Origin: Entomortierella parvispora E1425
Lineage: Eukaryota; Fungi; Mortierellomycota
Direction of reading: 5' to 3'
DNA: 64,000 nucleotides
NCBI GenBank assembly: GCA_020891255.1
Contig: BQFW01000003.1
Location: 1,736,001-1,800,000, forward strand
The position numbers and the translations under genes were made by a program. This document shows, one piece after another, positions 59,571 to 64,000 of the stretch. The notes under the pieces are model-generated. The model worked only from the letters and a program-made list of their open reading frames with translations, made no database searches and was not told the origin of the DNA. Each line of letters opens with the position of its first letter. Position 1 is the first letter of the stretch.

Positions 59571-60778
59571 CTGTCGCTTTGTCAGCTGGTCCGGAATGAG
59601 CGTGCCTCTAGAGTAACCGAATACGAACGTAATCGCAGTAGCGAAAGCAAATAAAGTCGAAGGATGTATGAGATACTGGGAGATACTGGGCAGAAGTTCT
59701 GGAAGTTGTAGAAGTTGTAAAATGAGCGGTCTGAAGGAATCTTTTAGTGGACAAGGGGGGGGGGGGGATTTGTGTCCTTTTTATAATAACGGAAGTAGGT
59801 ATTAATAACTTCTATACGATCTCCTTGGTGCACTTCAAACACCGTTGTGGAATCAGTGACGGTATATCTAGTTCTTCGTGGACGCGATAGTGCTCGATGT
59901 CAAGCAGTGTGTGGATCGTGTCCTATCAACCTAGATTGTCGGTACGATCTCGGTTTATTTGTGGCGCTTGTCGGTTTTTACTATCCAGTCATCCTGCGTT
60001 ATGCCTCAGCTGTGAACAGAGGCGAGACCATCCAGATATGACTAAAATTGGGAATCCAAAGGGGAATGAGAGGTAAGAGTCAAGAAATAGTGGCCTGTTG
60101 TTCTATTCACTAGCAAGTCAGGCAACTTTGCGAAGAAGATCCCGGGGTGAGTTGCAAAAGACAGGGATCAACAGGCAATGTTGATGAGGTACAATAAACT
60201 GGATGTATAGAAGAGGATGTGTCATGAGGGGGCTAGATGCTGAACTTTGGTCAGAGTATGTGGGCAAGCGAGTATTTGGCGGAATCTAACTGTGGATTTA
60301 CATGGGGGAACAATCCCTGATGCAGAAATCTTATGATGGCAAGCACCAGGAGAAGCTCCAAGTTTACGCGTCTTCTCACTCAAGGGAGATATTTACATAA
60401 ACCGCGAATGTGGCGTATAGGAACGAACCTGTCAGATGCAACCCCTCAAATCACCGCTTACTGCAAGCAAGGCGGAAGTTCCCCTGATCTGAAAAGGAGT
60501 CAAATACCGGGGAAACAACGTGGGACACCAACAGAGGGGGGCGCTGAAATGGCCAATGTCTGACGTGCCTTGCTCACCATCTGACCGAGCTCCACAATCT
60601 ATATTTTCTCCCTTCGTTCGAAGTTGAAAAAAGCGGAGCACGTGATTGACAACGGTCCGTTGCGGGACGAGTCTCTCTCCGCGCTGATCACATCGCGATC
60701 AACAGACATTCTTCGCTTCGCCCATTGTCATCCGTTCTCCTTCCATCTATTTCGTGAGGTACCATCGCCATCGTGTCC

Positions 60779-62913
60779 ATGGCCACCTCTGTCCGCCTGA
60801 TTCGCCCGGCCAGCTCCTTGGCGAAGCAGTCAAATCGTCATCCCCACTCTGCTTTACATCATTCTCTTCCAGCAACCTTGTTGTCTGTTCGAAGGACCTT
60901 CGCCACAACAGTCATTAGCAAGGACAGGGGCAGCGACAACAGTGTCTCCAGTAACAACATCGGCAATAGCGACAACAATGCCGTCAAGAAAACTGGAGGC
61001 GACGTCGATTCCATCAAAGCAAAGAGCAGTATCACTTCTACTACAGAAACCGAATCGGCCGAGGCTGCAGCGGAGCGCCAACGAGTCATTGCTCAGGACG
61101 CTACCCTCAAGGAAATCCTCGAAAGCGCAGCTACAGAGAAGAAGAAGCTGCAAGAGGAACTGATGCGTAAACAACGACTCGCATTGGAGCAGGAGCAGAA
61201 ACGTCAAGCGGCTATCAGGGAGGCCGCCGAGGCCGCAGAGAAGGCCGAGGCTGAGGCGACAGCCAAAGCGAAGGCGGCCGCAGAGGCAGAGAAGAAAAAA
61301 TCATACGAAAAAGCCACGGAAGCCTCTTCAGGGCCCAATCAAGGACAAGCTGCGGCCAATAGAGTGTCAGAGTCAACGCTCGGATCAAGAACGGCTGTAG
61401 AGAGAGTGCAGCAGAGTCTATCAACGTCTTCCAAGGACTCGGCGAAGAGCGCAACAGCTACAGCTGCCAGCTCATCCCCATCTGTGTCCTCCGCCACGGC
61501 GGCAGAAAAGTCGCCCCAATCTCTTCAAAGAGATAACGAATTTATTGATGACCCTCTAGAGCCGTTCAAGGCCAGACTATTGCCCTATAAAAAGTCATTG
61601 GAATCGTCGACGGAATACATTCGATCCTCGCTACCAGACAGTCTGCGACAGCTTCAGGAATCAGTCAAAAGAAAGGATTACAGGGATTTGATTTCACAAT
61701 TATCAGAGCACTTGAACAACTTCACTGGATATACGGCAATCAACGACCTGAAGTCCAAAGTTATTGCCCATGGTAAAGAATTGAATTAATTACTAAGAAA
61801 ATGTCTAGGAATGATGTAACACCGAGCACTAACTTATCAGCTACACATTACACAATACACATAGGCGATAGCCTGGACAAGGCTCGCATCTCATTACTTC
61901 AGTCCAAACAGGCTTACGAGGATGCAATTGGAACTAGGTCCGATACCCAAAAGGCGATCAACGATCTTCTTCAACGGAAACATCTTTGGTCTCCTGACGA
62001 CGTGATTCGATTCACAGACTTGTACAGGTCAGAGCATGCTAACGAGCAAGCGGAGCTAAAGACTAAGAACGAATACAAGCAAGCAGAATCCGATGTCGAA
62101 GAAAAATCAAGAAGATTGACGCGTGTGATCATGGAGCGCTATCATGAGGAGCAAGTTTGGTCTGACAAGATTCGGGCCGCCAGTACTTACGGAACTTGGG
62201 GTCTTGTCGGTGTGAACGTTATGGCGTTCTTGATTGTTCAAGCCTTTGTGGAGCCAAGACGGAGAAGAAAACAGGTGGAACGATACGAGGAACTGGTGGA
62301 CGATTTGACAGAGAGAGGCATTTTGCCGAACAGGAGTATCACGGATTCAACTTCTCCCAACCACAGTGCGACACAGCCCATTGCCTCACCAGTTGCTGCC
62401 TCAGCAGAAAATGGTAGCGGTGCCGGCACTGTAGCAATTGGAGGAGCTTTGCTTGGAGGAGAAGATGTTTTACTTAAAATGATTGAGAGTGCCGAGCGTC
62501 AAGAAGAACGACTGGGGCGTATGGAAGCACTTCTGATGAAATCACCATTAGAGGGGATTCGCAACGACAGCACCAACCCCGACGCAGAACATCCTTCGAC
62601 TCCATCTTTTGTCGTTGCTGAAGATGGTGCAATTCTGTTTATTTCACCTGAAAGCGAGGAGGAGAGCCTGGGCACAGAAGGATTTGTACTAGATGGCGAT
62701 GAGCAAGTTGTCTTTGGTGCACAAAGTGGTGGAGCAGTCTCGAGCAGGATTACTGAGGACAAGAACAGTTTCAGAACGGAAGGTAGAATCAAGCGGATGC
62801 TGACAGATGGTGGACAAGAAGTTTTGGCAACACGTAGTGATTTTTTGATCAGCGGATTGGGCGGAGCAATCCTCGGAGGATTGGTGACAATGGCCGTGAT
62901 GATGTACCGATAG
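60779..62913 (+). CDS. SHE9: Mitochondrial inner-membrane coiled-coil protein She9/Mdm33
   Basis: Arg/Ser-rich presequence-like N-terminus; exons 60779-61772 and 61865-62913; LNNFTGYTAINDLK, QKAINDLLQRKHLWSPDDVIRFTDLYRSEH, ERYHEEQVWSDKIRAASTYGTWGLVGVNV..FVEPRRRRK; C-terminal TM GGAILGGLVTMAVM. Confidence 0.93.
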
Positions 62914-63221
62914 AAACGACCCCCCCCCCCCCTTTTTTTTTTTTTTTAGAAACATAGCTTCTGTCGTAAGCCTCTTTCAATTTAATGTAACTCATGTTCA
63001 TTATTCTCACACTCGGCATCGATTCAGAGAAATTACTTTTGCTATGAGGCAGCTATCGCTGAAGAAGTATTAATACCTCTATGGTATTTTATTCTTTGAA
63101 TAAACATGAAGAAAATCGTCGGTGGCTTAAGACGTTATCCTACTATATATCACTGGGTGATGATTCGATCATTCTTGAAAGAAAGGAAAGAAGAAGAGTT
63201 TGGCGACCATGTACTGCATGC

Positions 63222-64000
63222 CTAGGCCTCTTTCTGTCCCATCATGATACCATTCATTCCCAAGGTGGTCAGAGTCGAATTGGTCTTAAGTGCTTCTGAA
63301 AGTGCTTGGGATCCTCCCTTTCCAACCATGTTATGTGACAAGTCCAACGTGGTCAGAGTCGAATTGATTTTGATCATCTCGGAGAGCGCCAGAGCTCCCT
63401 TCTCTCCGATGCAGTTTGACTTCAGGTCCAGGCTGGTCAAAGTCGAATTCTTCTTGAGCACCTCGCAGAGCATTTGTGTTTCTTTATCTCCAATCCAGAA
63501 TGACTCCAAGTTCAAGGAGAGCAGTGTCGTGTTCGTTTTGAGGGCCTTGGACAGCGCCTGAACACCTTTTGCTCCAAACGAATTACGCGACAAGGTCAAG
63601 GACGTGAGGGTTGAATTGGTCCTGAGTACTTCGAACAGCACCAGAGTTCCTTTCTCTCCGATCCCATTATATGTCAAGTCCAACGATGTCAGTGCTGAGT
63701 TGACCTTGAGTACTTCGGTCAGCGCCTGCGCTCCTTTGTCCTTGATGGAGTTGGATCCCAAGCTTAGGGCGACCAGAGTCGAATTAATCCTAAGTACCTC
63801 GGACAGCATCTGAGCACCTTTTTCACTAATCGAGTTTGAATCCAAATCCAAAGAGATCAGAGTCGAGTTGATCTTGAGAGCCTCGGATATCATCTGAACT
63901 CCCCTGTCTCCAATCGTGTTGTCTTTCAAGTTCAAACAGGCCAGGGTCCTATTAGTCTTGAGCACTTCAGACAGTGCTTGTGCTCCTCTTTCCCCAATTG
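63222..64000 (-). CDS. RNI-like leucine-rich-repeat protein (28-aa repeats), 3' part only
   Basis: About nine 84-bp/28-aa repeats of consensus LxxNSTLTSLDLxxNxIGEKGAQALSEx. The gene starts beyond the window end. Confidence 0.88.
   Translation of the reverse strand, partial: IGERGAQALSEVLKTNRTLACLNLKDNTIGDRGVQMISEALKINSTLISLDLDSNSISEKGAQMLSEVLRINSTLVALSLGSNSIKDKGAQALTEVLKVNSALTSLDLTYNGIGEKGTLVLFEVLRTNSTLTSLTLSRNSFGAKGVQALSKALKTNTTLLSLNLESFWIGDKETQMLCEVLKKNSTLTSLDLKSNCIGEKGALALSEMIKINSTLTTLDLSHNMVGKGGSQALSEALKTNSTLTTLGMNGIMMGQKEA

Overview
Intron-rich eukaryotic DNA with GT-AG and GC-AG introns, long A/T and CT tracts, and no rRNA, tRNA, CRISPR array or intact transposon that I can recognise. 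Gene content and style point to an early-diverging fungus, most likely Mortierellaceae (inference). In order: a 3'-truncated minus-strand gene that I tentatively align by eye to Integrator subunit 8, head-to-head with MSH2, whose last exon lies beyond a 1.88 kb intron; about 9 kb of non-coding DNA enriched in ACGCGT/GACGCGTC motifs; a 3-finger C2H2 transcription factor; a secreted Lys/His/Asp-rich repeat protein; a GT49 (LARGE/B4GAT1-like) glycosyltransferase; NADPH oxidase NoxB; a GC-rich hairpin island; GPI7/PIG-G head-to-head with an NCBP3-like gene; four tandem FAD-dependent monooxygenases with mosaic sequences and different intron sets; an OPT transporter with a truncated, frameshifted duplicate; a decayed region; SHE9/MDM33; and the 3' end of an RNI-like LRR gene. 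All identifications come from manual translation and motif recognition; no database searches were run.
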